Shown: positions 38,117-48,243 of the stretch, piece by piece
How the letters are laid out: each line of letters begins with the position of its first letter
Position numbering within the stretch: position 1 is the first letter of the stretch
Program-made: the position numbers and the translations under genes
Assembly (NCBI GenBank): GCA_963668175.1
Contig: OY764159.1
Span: forward strand, 3,552,001 to 3,616,000
Source of the DNA: Syntrophales bacterium
Lineage (GTDB): Bacteria; Desulfobacterota; Syntrophia; Syntrophales; PHBD01
Reading direction: 5' to 3'
Length of the DNA: 64,000 nt
Notes under the pieces: model-generated
What the model was told of the DNA's origin: nothing
What the model saw: the letters and a program-made list of their open reading frames with translations, nothing else
Databases searched by the model: none

Positions 38117-39307
38117 TCACTTCACCTCCTTTTGAATGTCTTCGGGCCAGAAGAAGACATAGGGGTTGGTTCTCGGGGCCTTGACCATCTGAGGTGCGGC
38201 GGGAAGCCCGACAGCCCGCAGGAAAGTTCTCATGCCCAATCTCTTGATCAGTTCGCCGACCCGCTCGCGGGATTTGCCGTTTTCACTCCACCAGTCCTGA
38301 ATCTTAACGATGAGGTCCTTCAATTCGTCGTAGGGCGGCTCAAGTTTCATGAAGGGTACGATCACCCAGGACAGAAGCGCCCCTTCCACGATCGGCGCTT
38401 TCCCGCCGATCAATATGGTTGCGCCCTTTTCCGCCCCCGGCCGCAGGGCTTTAGGCATCAGGTTGATGCAATGCATGCAGCGGGTGCAGTCCTCGTCATA
38501 GATTTTCAGAGTCTTGCCGTTCCAGACCATGCATCGCGTCGGACAAAGGTCGCAGACTTCCCTCTGAATATCGAGTCCGTCGGCTGCGTACGCGGCCACG
38601 GCTGCCTGATCGATCGGTATGTCTCCCTTCCACGTGCCGATGACGGCAAGATCTGAGCGGGCAATGGAAGCGACGCAGTCGTTCGGGCAGGCAGAGACTT
38701 TAATCTTGAACTTGTATGGGAACATGGGACGGTGGATCTCATCCTGGAAACTCATGGTCAAGTTATAGCAAACATCCAGACTGTCCACGCAGGCCCATTC
38801 GCAGCGGCCCGGTCCGACGCAGGCGCTCGGCGTGCGCAGGGCGGAACCGGACCCGCCGAGATCGAAGCCGGCCCCCGAGAGATCGTCGAAACATTCCTGC
38901 AGATGATCCGTCGTCGTGCCCAGAAGAATGATATCCCCGGTTGAGCCGTGCATGTTGGTAAGGCCGCTTCCGTGCTTTTCCCAAACGTCGCAAAGCTTAC
39001 GAAGCTTATCGGTCGTATAGAACCATCCCGTCGGGTGATTGACCCGCATGGTATGAAAGGCCTGTACGTTCGGAAATTCCTCGGGACGATCCGAATACCG
39101 TCCGATGACCCCCGAACCGTAACCCTTGACGCCGACGATGCCCCCGTGTTTCCAGTGGCCGATCTTCTCCTTGTAGGAAAGCTCCAGTTGCCTCATGAGA
39201 TCTTTGGCCATGGGGTTCTTCTCGGCAGCCTGCTTCATGTCGTCGACAAAACTCGGCCATTTTCCCCCTTCCAGTTGATCCAGAAGGGGCGTATCGGATT
39301 TAGGCAT
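38117..39307 (-). CDS. dsrA: Dissimilatory sulfite reductase alpha subunit
   Basis: [45 protein letters not shown]. Confidence 0.97.
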   Translation of the reverse strand: MPKSDTPLLDQLEGGKWPSFVDDMKQAAEKNPMAKDLMRQLELSYKEKIGHWKHGGIVGVKGYGSGVIGRYSDRPEEFPNVQAFHTMRVNHPTGWFYTTDKLRKLCDVWEKHGSGLTNMHGSTGDIILLGTTTDHLQECFDDLSGAGFDLGGSGSALRTPSACVGPGRCEWACVDSLDVCYNLTMSFQDEIHRPMFPYKFKIKVSACPNDCVASIARSDLAVIGTWKGDIPIDQAAVAAYAADGLDIQREVCDLCPTRCMVWNGKTLKIYDEDCTRCMHCINLMPKALRPGAEKGATILIGGKAPIVEGALLSWVIVPFMKLEPPYDELKDLIVKIQDWWSENGKSRERVGELIKRLGMRTFLRAVGLPAAPQMVKAPRTNPYVFFWPEDIQKEVK

Positions 39308-39340
39308 AATTTTCTCCTCCTCTGCTATTCTATCGGATCG

Positions 39341-40906
39341 TCATATCTTAGTCCAGTAATCAACAAAGACCATCGTCGACAACACAATGCCCAGCGGCAC
39401 ATTAACTATAACACCGACGGTGAAGGCCCAGAAAGGCTTCATGCCGAAGATGAGCATATCCTTGAAGCGCGTGGAAAGGCCGATGCAGAGGAAGCAGAAA
39501 ACAAAGGCCCATGACCGGAGGTTCTTGATCGGGCCGATCACGTCGGGACTTAAGACACTGTCGAACCAGTTGGAACTGGCCCGAAGCTGGTTCATGGCCA
39601 TCTCCTGATCCTTATCGGCGGCCGTCGCCAGTTTCTTCAGATCGTCGCCGGTCAAGACGCCCTTGTAAGAGAGGGCTTTCTTATCCATGTCGATTTTCAG
39701 ACGATCCGCATACTCGGGCGGCACCTGATATTTCGAAAAGTCCGCCTTGTAATCCTTCCCCTTGAATTTCCCTTCCCATTTGGCCTTGGCAAGATAATCC
39801 GCCGGTGCCGTCATCAGGCTGACGATGACGGACGCCGCAAGAAAGCCGAGCACGAATTTCGGGAACCGCTCCCAGATGATACCGCCCCCGACGGCACTTT
39901 TCTTCTCTCCCTCGCTTTTCTCCCAGAGCATGACCGAAACAATGGCCAGGATCAGGCACCATATTCCGATCCAGATATCCCGGCCGATGACCTTCATGAG
40001 AGTAAAGGTTTGTATCGGCGCGTCGCCGAATCGGCTGCCCAGTTCGGCGGCGACGGCAAACCCTGCCGCGTCGGCAAATTCCGATGTCCCGACAATGGCG
40101 CCGGCGACGCCCGGCGAGACGGACTGAGGAACAAGCTGCTTCAGGGCGATGGAGAGGGCGAAGATCATGACAATGGCCCAAACGGTGACGACGGCAATCG
40201 AAATAGATATATGTTCGTTTTTCGCCTTGACGGCTCCACCCACGGCAATCGACGCGGACACGCCGCAGACAGCTCCCCCTGCTCCCAGAACGGCGCCGAA
40301 TTGGGGCTCCAGTTTAAAAATCCTCGTTGCGGCAAAATAGATCGCAAGCCAGGTGACGACGGAGACGATAGTCGCCTGGATCATAGCGATGGGACCGGCT
40401 TTAATAATAAGAGTGAGGGGCAGCGTCGCTCCGAGGAGAACGATACCGGTTTTGATATAGTATTCCGTCCTCAGGGATACTTTCAGCCACGCGGGAATTT
40501 TCGTCACATTGGAGATGATAAGGCCGATGATGAGGGCGAGCAGCGGCGCTTCGATATTGAAATCCTGCATGAGCTTCCAACTGGCGAGATAAAAAATGAT
40601 CACCGAACCGACGAAAATGATGATATACCCGGGAATGAATTCCTTTAACTTGTGGCCCATGACCTTCATGGAAAAACTGAATATCACTCCGAAGAAAATA
40701 AAGATGGTGAGATATCCGGATGCATTCTTTGCCAGATCAGGCCAGATCTTGCTGAAATCGGACAGCTTGCTCGGCAGGACGGCCCACCCTTTTATGGATG
40801 TGCCGGACCACAGGGCGACAATAGCCAAGAGAACAATACCTAAACCAAGCCATACGGACCACCAGTCTTCCGTTTTCCAAAGCTTCTCGAAACCGCCGCC
40901 GTTCAT
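39341..40906 (-). CDS. YeiH/putative sulfate exporter (PSE) family membrane protein
   Basis: TEYYIKTGIVLLG, AVCGVSASIA, KVIGRDIWIG, CIGLSTRF. AAGGAG RBS. Confidence 0.85.
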   Translation of the reverse strand: MNGGGFEKLWKTEDWWSVWLGLGIVLLAIVALWSGTSIKGWAVLPSKLSDFSKIWPDLAKNASGYLTIFIFFGVIFSFSMKVMGHKLKEFIPGYIIIFVGSVIIFYLASWKLMQDFNIEAPLLALIIGLIISNVTKIPAWLKVSLRTEYYIKTGIVLLGATLPLTLIIKAGPIAMIQATIVSVVTWLAIYFAATRIFKLEPQFGAVLGAGGAVCGVSASIAVGGAVKAKNEHISISIAVVTVWAIVMIFALSIALKQLVPQSVSPGVAGAIVGTSEFADAAGFAVAAELGSRFGDAPIQTFTLMKVIGRDIWIGIWCLILAIVSVMLWEKSEGEKKSAVGGGIIWERFPKFVLGFLAASVIVSLMTAPADYLAKAKWEGKFKGKDYKADFSKYQVPPEYADRLKIDMDKKALSYKGVLTGDDLKKLATAADKDQEMAMNQLRASSNWFDSVLSPDVIGPIKNLRSWAFVFCFLCIGLSTRFKDMLIFGMKPFWAFTVGVIVNVPLGIVLSTMVFVDYWTKI

Positions 40907-41285
40907 ATCAGTCTCCTTTCTAGACAAGAAACCATTACGTTATTGGGACAGGTTCGTCCGGGTTAAGAAAAGGTTTAATGTGTTGAGAGACCCGCTGCGA
41001 TTAAAGATGCGAGAGAGCCGCAGGATTTGCAAGAGCGTTGTGCGTGATGTATCGCCTGAATAAATTATAAAGTACGGCATGTTGAAAAGGCAAGAAATTT
41101 TGTCTTTATAAATATTATATCATTTCAGATACTTGTCGGACGCTTTGGCGTTTTTTCTTCAAGAGTCTGACATTCTTATCGTGACGTCATTTTTCCATTT
41201 GGAAAAAACAGACAAAGCCGGTATGTAGTGTTTACCCCCTGGTTATGGATAAAACAACGGCGTTCTTCACAGGAGCAGAGAAGAT

Positions 41286-42653
41286 ATGACCGCCCAAGAC
41301 GTCCTTCGGAAAGTGACAAAGCAGGCTGTAAGGCCTTGCGCGCTCCTCTGGGACGAATCCCTGGTCTGGGGCTTAATGGCACAGCGAGCCTTGACGGACG
41401 CCGGACTTCCCTTCGACATCGTCACCGCGGCGGATATACGCCGGGGAAAACTCAAACGTTACCGCATGATCTTTATCCCGGGCGGATGGGCATCCGACAA
41501 GCTGGAAGCACTGGGAAAAGAAGGCCGCGAAAATATCCGGCAGTTTGTCGAAAATGGCGGAAGCTATTTCGGAATATGCGGAGGCGCCGGGATGGCCACG
41601 GAAGAAGGGCTCGGACTTCTGCCGGTTGTCCGCAAGCCGATGGCGGAAAGGGTCCCCAGCTTCAGCGGCGGCATTCGCCTTACCTGTGAGGAACATGCCA
41701 TCTGGAACGGCATCGACACGCCTGACTTTCATGCCTGGTGGCCGTCACAGCTGCAAGTTGCAGCCGGGGATGCAGACGTTCTCGCCGTGTACGAAAGTCC
41801 CCTGAATGATGCTTTCACTTCCGATATAGCGCTTGAATATGGCAAAGCAATCGGGTGGTCAGAGATGGAGCATAGTTACGGCATCCTTCTGGATCCCGCC
41901 CGCCTCCGGGGGGAACCGGCGGTGGTTGCGGGATGTTACGGCCTTGGCAAGGTCATCCTTTCCCTGATCCATTTCGACACGCCGGGCGATCGCAACGGCG
42001 CCATCGCCTTGAGAAACATATGGCATCTCTTGTCCTCATACGTTCCGTCGCATCATCAGGAAAACAGCGAACGGCCGACAAGCGAACCGACCACGAAGCT
42101 GTCACCGGAGTTATTTCAAACGACCGAGGAAATAAGAGAGACGGTAGAGGGGTTTGTGGAGTTCGGCGTTAGAAATTTCCTCTGGCACCGGCGGAATCCG
42201 CTGCTGCTCCAATGGCGGCGCGGCGTCAGGGGCATGGAATACTCGACCTTGATGGCAATGACAAGAGAGATTCTGGCATATGCCGCCATGCCGCATCATG
42301 ATCGTGAGCGGGTATCGAACAGGCAGCCGGGCTGCATGACGGAGACACAACTGAGAGATGCTCTCGCAGACATCAAGAAAAAACTGATCCCTTTTATCGA
42401 AAAGGCCGAGAAGCTCCTCGTCCGAGAACGGCTCTACATGCAATCCTCTTGCCTGTCGCCTTTGAACAGCGGGGACGAGGAGATCAACCGCCTCAGAAAG
42501 GAACTTTTCGCATCGGCGATGAGTCACGGAGGCGAGTTCAAATGCCTTATCGATGCGGTTGACCGCCTGCTCCTGAGACTGATGAAAGAAACCGGCACCA
42601 TTCAGCACCTGCCCGCCGGGAAGCCGCCTGACTTACCTGCCGCTGAATCTTGA
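41286..42653 (+). CDS. BPL-N / class I glutamine amidotransferase-like protein
   Basis: IFIPGG, FVENGGSYFGICGGA nucleophile elbow, GKVILSLIHFD. Confidence 0.75.
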   Translation: MTAQDVLRKVTKQAVRPCALLWDESLVWGLMAQRALTDAGLPFDIVTAADIRRGKLKRYRMIFIPGGWASDKLEALGKEGRENIRQFVENGGSYFGICGGAGMATEEGLGLLPVVRKPMAERVPSFSGGIRLTCEEHAIWNGIDTPDFHAWWPSQLQVAAGDADVLAVYESPLNDAFTSDIALEYGKAIGWSEMEHSYGILLDPARLRGEPAVVAGCYGLGKVILSLIHFDTPGDRNGAIALRNIWHLLSSYVPSHHQENSERPTSEPTTKLSPELFQTTEEIRETVEGFVEFGVRNFLWHRRNPLLLQWRRGVRGMEYSTLMAMTREILAYAAMPHHDRERVSNRQPGCMTETQLRDALADIKKKLIPFIEKAEKLLVRERLYMQSSCLSPLNSGDEEINRLRKELFASAMSHGGEFKCLIDAVDRLLLRLMKETGTIQHLPAGKPPDLPAAES

Positions 42654-42674
42654 GGACTGCTGCGGCTGCGGTCT

Positions 42675-42881
42675 TCACGGCCCCTTTGGGCCATCCGTCC
42701 TGTTCTTTCGCCGCCGGGGCGTCCGGATCGCGAGGGAGCGGAACGCGTCGCGGCTGTCCGTTTCCTTGATGCGTTTCATCATGTCGTCAATTTCTTCCTC
42801 ATCGATACTGCCGCGCTCTTCCATAAAATACCATACGGCGCTGCGGCCCGAATGCTTGCCCAGGACGATCCGGCCCGATCT
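42675..42881 (-). pseudogene. Fragment of a LeuA/NifV/CimA-family synthase
   Basis: Manual translation after an in-frame TAA gives RSGRIVLGKHSGRSAVWYFMEERGSIDEEEIDDMMKRIKE. IVLGKHSG is the post-catalytic motif of this family. No upstream start in frame. Confidence 0.6.
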
Positions 42882-43352
42882 TTATCGGGACGCAAATGAA
42901 AGCGATGTCCCGTTTGTCCAACAGCCGACAAATACCCTCCGGGTCCGGAAACCACGGACAGTCGACAATGCGGGAAGCAATAACAGGTATGCCCGTGCCG
43001 ATCGCTTTGCCCGCAATACCTCACCCATGCGGGAACGGCCCTTGCCATGTTCCTCAGACAGGAGGACTCCTCAATGATACATATTCTTCAAAAAGGAAAA
43101 TCGCGGGATGCTCCGTATCCTATATTGATTGACGCGGAGGAAAATAAGACGCTTTTATGGATGAGTTCGACATTTCTCACGCATGGTCGATTGCGCCCGA
43201 CTCTCTTTAGTCCGGCTGCTTGAGACATGAAGGATATTTCAAGGGTATTTAAAAACGACAGGACTTGCGGCACCAAAAGCGGTATATTACTTTTATTGCG
43301 GGGGCATGGGTCGGCTCGCGACGGCCCCGAAAAACGATTGTACGTGGTGCAG

Positions 43353-44726
43353 ATGGCGGCTTTCAACGAACAACGCATCGATGTGACGCAAGGGAATATC
43401 TGGACCGGCATCTGGAGACTCTCCTGGCCGATGCTGGTCATCATGATCTTCAGTTTCCTCGTCGGCTTTACCGACGTCTACGTCGCCGGGTTCTTGGGTC
43501 CCGACGTCCAGGCGGCCGTCGGTTTCGCCACGCAGATATTCTTCCTCGTCGTCATCATTGCCAATGCCATCGCCATCGGCACGCTTGCATTGATATCGCG
43601 CGCCATCGGCGCCGGGGACGGGGAACGGGCGGTCGCCGTCGCCAAACAGTCCCTCATCCTCAGTTTCCTGATCGCCGTCGCCATCACGGCCGTCTGTCTC
43701 CTATTTTACCGCAGCATCATTGCCGTTGCGGGTTTCCCGGAGCCCATCAGGATCATCGCCGAAACATTCATCAGAATTTTTGCCTTCGCCCTGGGAGCCC
43801 ATTACATTCTCATCGTCTCCAACGCCGTCTTCCGCGCCAGCGGCGAAGTGAACAAGCCGCTCGTCACGATGATCATCATCTGCATCGTCAACATCGTCCT
43901 CGACTTCTGCCTCGTCTTCGGCATCGGCCCCTTTCCCAGACTAGGCTATGCCGGGATCGCTTTTTCAACCGCCATCGCCACCATCTCTGGAACCTCCGTC
44001 AACCTTCTTTTTCTTGCCAAAAGTCCGCGTTGGCGGGCCGTCTACGGCAGGCCGTTCGCCCTGTCACTGGAGACCGTCAAGACGATCCTCGGCATCGGAT
44101 GGCCTGCAGCCTTTCTGCAGATCGCCTGGAACCTGACCAGCATCGCCCTCTACAATATCCTGGGGAGACTTCACGAATCGAGCATCGTCGCCCTCGCGTC
44201 CCTCACGAACGGCCTGAGAATCGAAGCGATTATCTATCTTCCCGCTTTCGCCCTCAATATGGCCGCATCGGTCGTTACGGGCCAGAATCTCGGCGCAGAA
44301 GATCCTGACCGCGCTGAAAGGATGTGCTGGAAAATAGCCCTGGCGGGTGTCGGGATCAGCGGCGCTATGGCCCTGGTGATCTTTGTCCGGGCGGAGCAAT
44401 GCGCCGCCGTCTTGACTGCAGACCCGGCCGTCATCGCGGAAACGGCGAGGTACCTCAGGTACAATATGATCGCCGAACCCTTCCTCGCTTTGAGCACGGT
44501 CATGGGAGGGGGCCTGCAGGGGGCCGGCGACACCCGGGGGACCATGTGGGTGATCGTCGTCTCCATGTGGCTGGTCCGGCTTCCGCTCGCATCGTTTCTT
44601 GCGATTGTGATGGGATGGGGAGCACCGGGCGTATGGACCGCCATGCTCGTTTCCATGATCTGCCAGAGCATCATGATGGCCTGGTGGTTCAGGCTGGGGC
44701 GATGGAAAAAGTTAAAATTGCATTAA
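43353..44726 (+). CDS. MATE-family efflux transporter
   Basis: About 12 TM helices; LSWPM, NIVLD...GYAGIA, GQNLGA, GAGDT. Confidence 0.92.
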   Translation: MAAFNEQRIDVTQGNIWTGIWRLSWPMLVIMIFSFLVGFTDVYVAGFLGPDVQAAVGFATQIFFLVVIIANAIAIGTLALISRAIGAGDGERAVAVAKQSLILSFLIAVAITAVCLLFYRSIIAVAGFPEPIRIIAETFIRIFAFALGAHYILIVSNAVFRASGEVNKPLVTMIIICIVNIVLDFCLVFGIGPFPRLGYAGIAFSTAIATISGTSVNLLFLAKSPRWRAVYGRPFALSLETVKTILGIGWPAAFLQIAWNLTSIALYNILGRLHESSIVALASLTNGLRIEAIIYLPAFALNMAASVVTGQNLGAEDPDRAERMCWKIALAGVGISGAMALVIFVRAEQCAAVLTADPAVIAETARYLRYNMIAEPFLALSTVMGGGLQGAGDTRGTMWVIVVSMWLVRLPLASFLAIVMGWGAPGVWTAMLVSMICQSIMMAWWFRLGRWKKLKLH

Positions 44727-44786
44727 GGACGCGGAAGGGATTATTCTTTCTTGAGAGATTCCAAGGCGGGAAGAGAGGAGGACTCC

Positions 44787-46004
44787 ATGCTGACACTGTT
44801 CAATTCCCTTGGTAAAAAGATGGAAGTATTTACGCCCGTCAACGCCGGTGTCGTGAATATCTTTACTTGCGGCCCTTCGGTTTACCAGCGGGCCCACATC
44901 GGCAACCATCGCACCTTTCTCTTCGAGGACATCCTGGTCCGATACCTGGAATACTCGGGATACAAGGTCCGCCGGGGCATGAATTTCACGGACATTGAGG
45001 ACAAGGCCCTGATCGAGGCCCATAAGAGAAAGATGCCTCTTGCCGCCCTGACTTCAGCGAACATTGAAACCTTCCTGGGCGAGATGAAGGCGCTCAGGAT
45101 GAAGGTGCCCGATTATCTGCCCCGCGCCTCGGAGCATGTGGACGAGGCCCTCCGGATCATCGACCGGCTCATCGAAAAGGGCGTCGCCTACCGCCACGGC
45201 GGCAACGTCTATTTCGATCCGCTGAAATTCCCCGGTTTCGGGAAGATCTACGGCCTCGACATGACGACATGGCCTGCCAGGAGGGTCCGATTCCACCGGG
45301 ATACATACAACGGGCTCCGCTGGAACCGGGGCGATTTCATCCTCTGGCACGGCTGCGGGACCGCGGACCGCGTCTGCTGGGATTCGTCCGTCGGCAGCGG
45401 CTGGCCCGCCTGGAATATCCAGGACCCGAGCATGGTCGGCCACTATTTCGACGAGACGTTGTCCGTCTATTGCGGCGGCATCGACAATCTCATCCGCCAT
45501 CACGATTACTCCGCCGCCGTGCTCGAATCGATCCGGCCCTATCCGATGGCGAAGTTCTGGCTTCACGGCCAGCATCTCTTCGTCAACGGCAGGAAAATGT
45601 CCAAGAGTACCGGCAATCTCCTCTACACGGACGAACTCGAAAAGCAGGGATATAACATGGAGGAAATCCGCTTCTTCCTCGTCTACGGCCATTATCGGAA
45701 TCGTATGAATTATCGGGATCGGACTATGGAAGAAAGGGCGAATCTTCTGAGGAACATCAAGAAACGGATTGGAGCGATAGGCGCGGTGGCCGGCGGCAAG
45801 GCGGAAACGCAGGGGGATGCAGGCCTCAAGTTGAAAGAGATTTTCAGGATACGCATGGACGACGACCTCGATGTGAAGGGAGCCGTCGACGGCATCGGCG
45901 ACATTCTGATGAAAACGTATCCCGATCGGCTTAAGGCAGGTGAAGCGACATCCCTTATGGAGGCCGTCAAGGAAATCGACGGCGTCCTGCAGGTTCTGCT
46001 TTAA
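44787..46004 (+). CDS. Divergent cysteinyl-tRNA-synthetase-like protein lacking the C-terminal anticodon-binding domain
   Basis: CGPSVY, HIGN, NFTDIEDK, DFILW, KMSKS, MDDDLD. Zn-site motifs are altered; 405 aa. Confidence 0.85.
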   Translation: MLTLFNSLGKKMEVFTPVNAGVVNIFTCGPSVYQRAHIGNHRTFLFEDILVRYLEYSGYKVRRGMNFTDIEDKALIEAHKRKMPLAALTSANIETFLGEMKALRMKVPDYLPRASEHVDEALRIIDRLIEKGVAYRHGGNVYFDPLKFPGFGKIYGLDMTTWPARRVRFHRDTYNGLRWNRGDFILWHGCGTADRVCWDSSVGSGWPAWNIQDPSMVGHYFDETLSVYCGGIDNLIRHHDYSAAVLESIRPYPMAKFWLHGQHLFVNGRKMSKSTGNLLYTDELEKQGYNMEEIRFFLVYGHYRNRMNYRDRTMEERANLLRNIKKRIGAIGAVAGGKAETQGDAGLKLKEIFRIRMDDDLDVKGAVDGIGDILMKTYPDRLKAGEATSLMEAVKEIDGVLQVLL

Positions 46005-46099
46005 GGAACGTTTTACGGATCGGCCGATGCGACGGCACTGCTGCAATAATATCTACCGGGGTCGATACGGAACGGAATGTAAAGGACGGGGGCCTATCG

Positions 46100-47128
46100 T
46101 CATGGGCCCGACGAGGGGGCTCGCTCATCGATCTTGACTTCGGGCGGCTTGGGCCTGTTTTTTCTCTGATTCACCAGGTTCTGCCTGTACTGAACGTAGG
46201 CATCGCGGACCGCTACATAGGGGTCGATGGCGGCCTGTTTGAGAGATTCATAGTCTCCCAGCGTGAGGGAGACATCGTTCAGCTTCTGATAGCTCCTGAC
46301 GGGCAGCCAGAAATACCACGGTTCAAGATATGAAACGGGATAGAGGAAATACTCCCCTACAAAACCCACCGAATCGCGCGGACTGGAGGGCCCGAGCACC
46401 GGCCACATGATGAAGAACCCATGTCCGATCCCGTAAACGCCCAAGGTCTGCCCGAAATCGACATCCTGCTTTTTGAGATTGATTTCCGGCAAGGAGGCGG
46501 GATCGAAAAAGCCTCCGATCCCCATCGTTGTATTGACAACGAACCGCCCTAATTCCGTCCCCGTGCATTTAAGGTCCGCCTGCAGGAGGCAGTTGGCAAA
46601 GCGGATCGGAAAGTAGAGGTTGGAAAAGAAATTCTGGATGCTGACCCTGAAGCCTTCGGGAGCAATTATATTGTACCCTTGGGCCACGGGCTTCATCACC
46701 CAAAAGTAGAGTCTATCATTGAAAGTGAACATGGCCCGGTTGAAGGATTCGATGGGATCGGAAACCGGTGCAGCCAATGCATTCTCATCCTGCACGTCTT
46801 TCTTCGCCGGGACGTCCTGGGCGGCTGGGCCGACGTCGTCTTCCTCTTTATAATCGCTTAAGTCCTGTTTTTCCTCCCGGCCAGACTTCTGGGCGGTCGA
46901 GGAAGCTTCTTTTACACCGACGGCTTCGCCCTTGGGGTTCACCGCCGTGCCGGACGGGTCTGGCGTAAGCGTTTCCTGCTTTGCAATAACCGGCGCCGGC
47001 TGGGCAGGGGACGGCTGCGGAAGAGGCGTACGGTTAGGGTCATGGGCGCATCCCGTGGCGAGAATAAACGGCAGAAGCATCATTCCGAGTAAACGTTTCA
47101 CCAAGGGGATGTCCATATCAGTCTTCAC
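46100..47128 (-). CDS. mlaA: VacJ/MlaA lipoprotein
   Basis: Lipobox LATGC, DPIESFNRAMF, RFVVNTT, DFGQTLG, GPSSPRD, DPYVAVRDAY. Confidence 0.93.
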   Translation of the reverse strand: MKTDMDIPLVKRLLGMMLLPFILATGCAHDPNRTPLPQPSPAQPAPVIAKQETLTPDPSGTAVNPKGEAVGVKEASSTAQKSGREEKQDLSDYKEEDDVGPAAQDVPAKKDVQDENALAAPVSDPIESFNRAMFTFNDRLYFWVMKPVAQGYNIIAPEGFRVSIQNFFSNLYFPIRFANCLLQADLKCTGTELGRFVVNTTMGIGGFFDPASLPEINLKKQDVDFGQTLGVYGIGHGFFIMWPVLGPSSPRDSVGFVGEYFLYPVSYLEPWYFWLPVRSYQKLNDVSLTLGDYESLKQAAIDPYVAVRDAYVQYRQNLVNQRKNRPKPPEVKIDERAPSSGP

Positions 47129-47149
47129 TTCCGTGAAACATCGTCCACG

Positions 47150-47749
47150 TCAATCCTTTTGCGATTTAACTTTATCGCGTAGGATCTGAAGCAGTTGATC
47201 GGGTGAATTTTTTGCCAGGATGTCGTTGAACTGGGTTCGGTAGTTCATGACCAGGCTGATGTTCTCAACGACCACGTCGTACACCTTCCAGGTGCCGTTT
47301 GCAAGAATCATCCGATAGTAAATAGGGACCTCCTTCGAAGCGGTGACAATCTTGGTCTGGACCTCGACCTGGTTGCCGGAGAGAGGCAACTCTTTCGTGA
47401 ATACGACTTTCTCGTTGCTGTACGAGAGGATTCTGTCGGCATAAGCCTTTTCCAGGATCTGGTGGAAGAGATGAACGAATTCCTTCCTCTGGGATTCGTT
47501 AAGCCTGTTCCAGTTCTTCGCCAGAGTCCGCTTGGCGAGTTCGACTTCATCGAACATGGCATTGTATATGACCGTCAGTTTCTGTATTTTCTGTTCCTTC
47601 GCCGAAGCCGCCTTGAGCTTCGGATCGCGGAGCACTTCAAATACTTTATTGACGTTGACCTGAACGGTATCCAGCGGCACGCCGCCATATACCGGCAACG
47701 ACGCTAAAAAGACGACGATAACGATCAATCCTGCAACCCGCGTTTTCAT
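47150..47749 (-). CDS. mlaC: MlaC/Ttg2D periplasmic phospholipid-binding protein
   Basis: WKVYDVVVENISLVMNYRTQF and a signal peptide. Confidence 0.92.
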   Translation of the reverse strand: MKTRVAGLIVIVVFLASLPVYGGVPLDTVQVNVNKVFEVLRDPKLKAASAKEQKIQKLTVIYNAMFDEVELAKRTLAKNWNRLNESQRKEFVHLFHQILEKAYADRILSYSNEKVVFTKELPLSGNQVEVQTKIVTASKEVPIYYRMILANGTWKVYDVVVENISLVMNYRTQFNDILAKNSPDQLLQILRDKVKSQKD

Positions 47750-47777
47750 GAATGACCCCCTTTTTGCAATTCCTTGA

Positions 47778-48239
47778 CTATTGCTGCTGCTTCTTCACGT
47801 CCCCAAAGGCATACTTGGCTATAAGATCCGAGATATTCACGGCCGGCTGCGTTTCGGTGATGGTATCTCCCGGTTTGAGGAGGTTGCCCGCCCCTCCGGG
47901 TTCGATGCTGAGGTACATGTCGCCGATCAGCCCTTCCGTCTTGATGGAGGCAATAGCATCGTCATAGATATTGATGCCCTTCTTAATCCTCATTTCAACT
48001 ACGGCCGTCTGGGTTTTTTGGTCCATACTGAGGTTTTCCACCCGCCCGACCTCTATTCCCGCAATATAAACAATGCCTCCGACCCGTAAGCCCGTTACCG
48101 ACGTGAAACGGCCGAACAGCGAATAGGAATTGTCGCCCAGAAAATTGAAATGGCCGAGCTTGACCGTCATGTAGCCTATGCAAAGCAGACCGATCACCAG
48201 AAAGATACCCACTGTCGTTTCCATACTGTATTTCTTCAT
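47778..48239 (-). CDS. mlaD: MlaD MCE-domain protein
   Basis: ETTVGIF, GLRVGG...GIEVGRV, IKTEGLIGDMYLSIEPG. Confidence 0.93.
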   Translation of the reverse strand: MKKYSMETTVGIFLVIGLLCIGYMTVKLGHFNFLGDNSYSLFGRFTSVTGLRVGGIVYIAGIEVGRVENLSMDQKTQTAVVEMRIKKGINIYDDAIASIKTEGLIGDMYLSIEPGGAGNLLKPGDTITETQPAVNISDLIAKYAFGDVKKQQQ

Positions 48240-48243
48240 TTGC

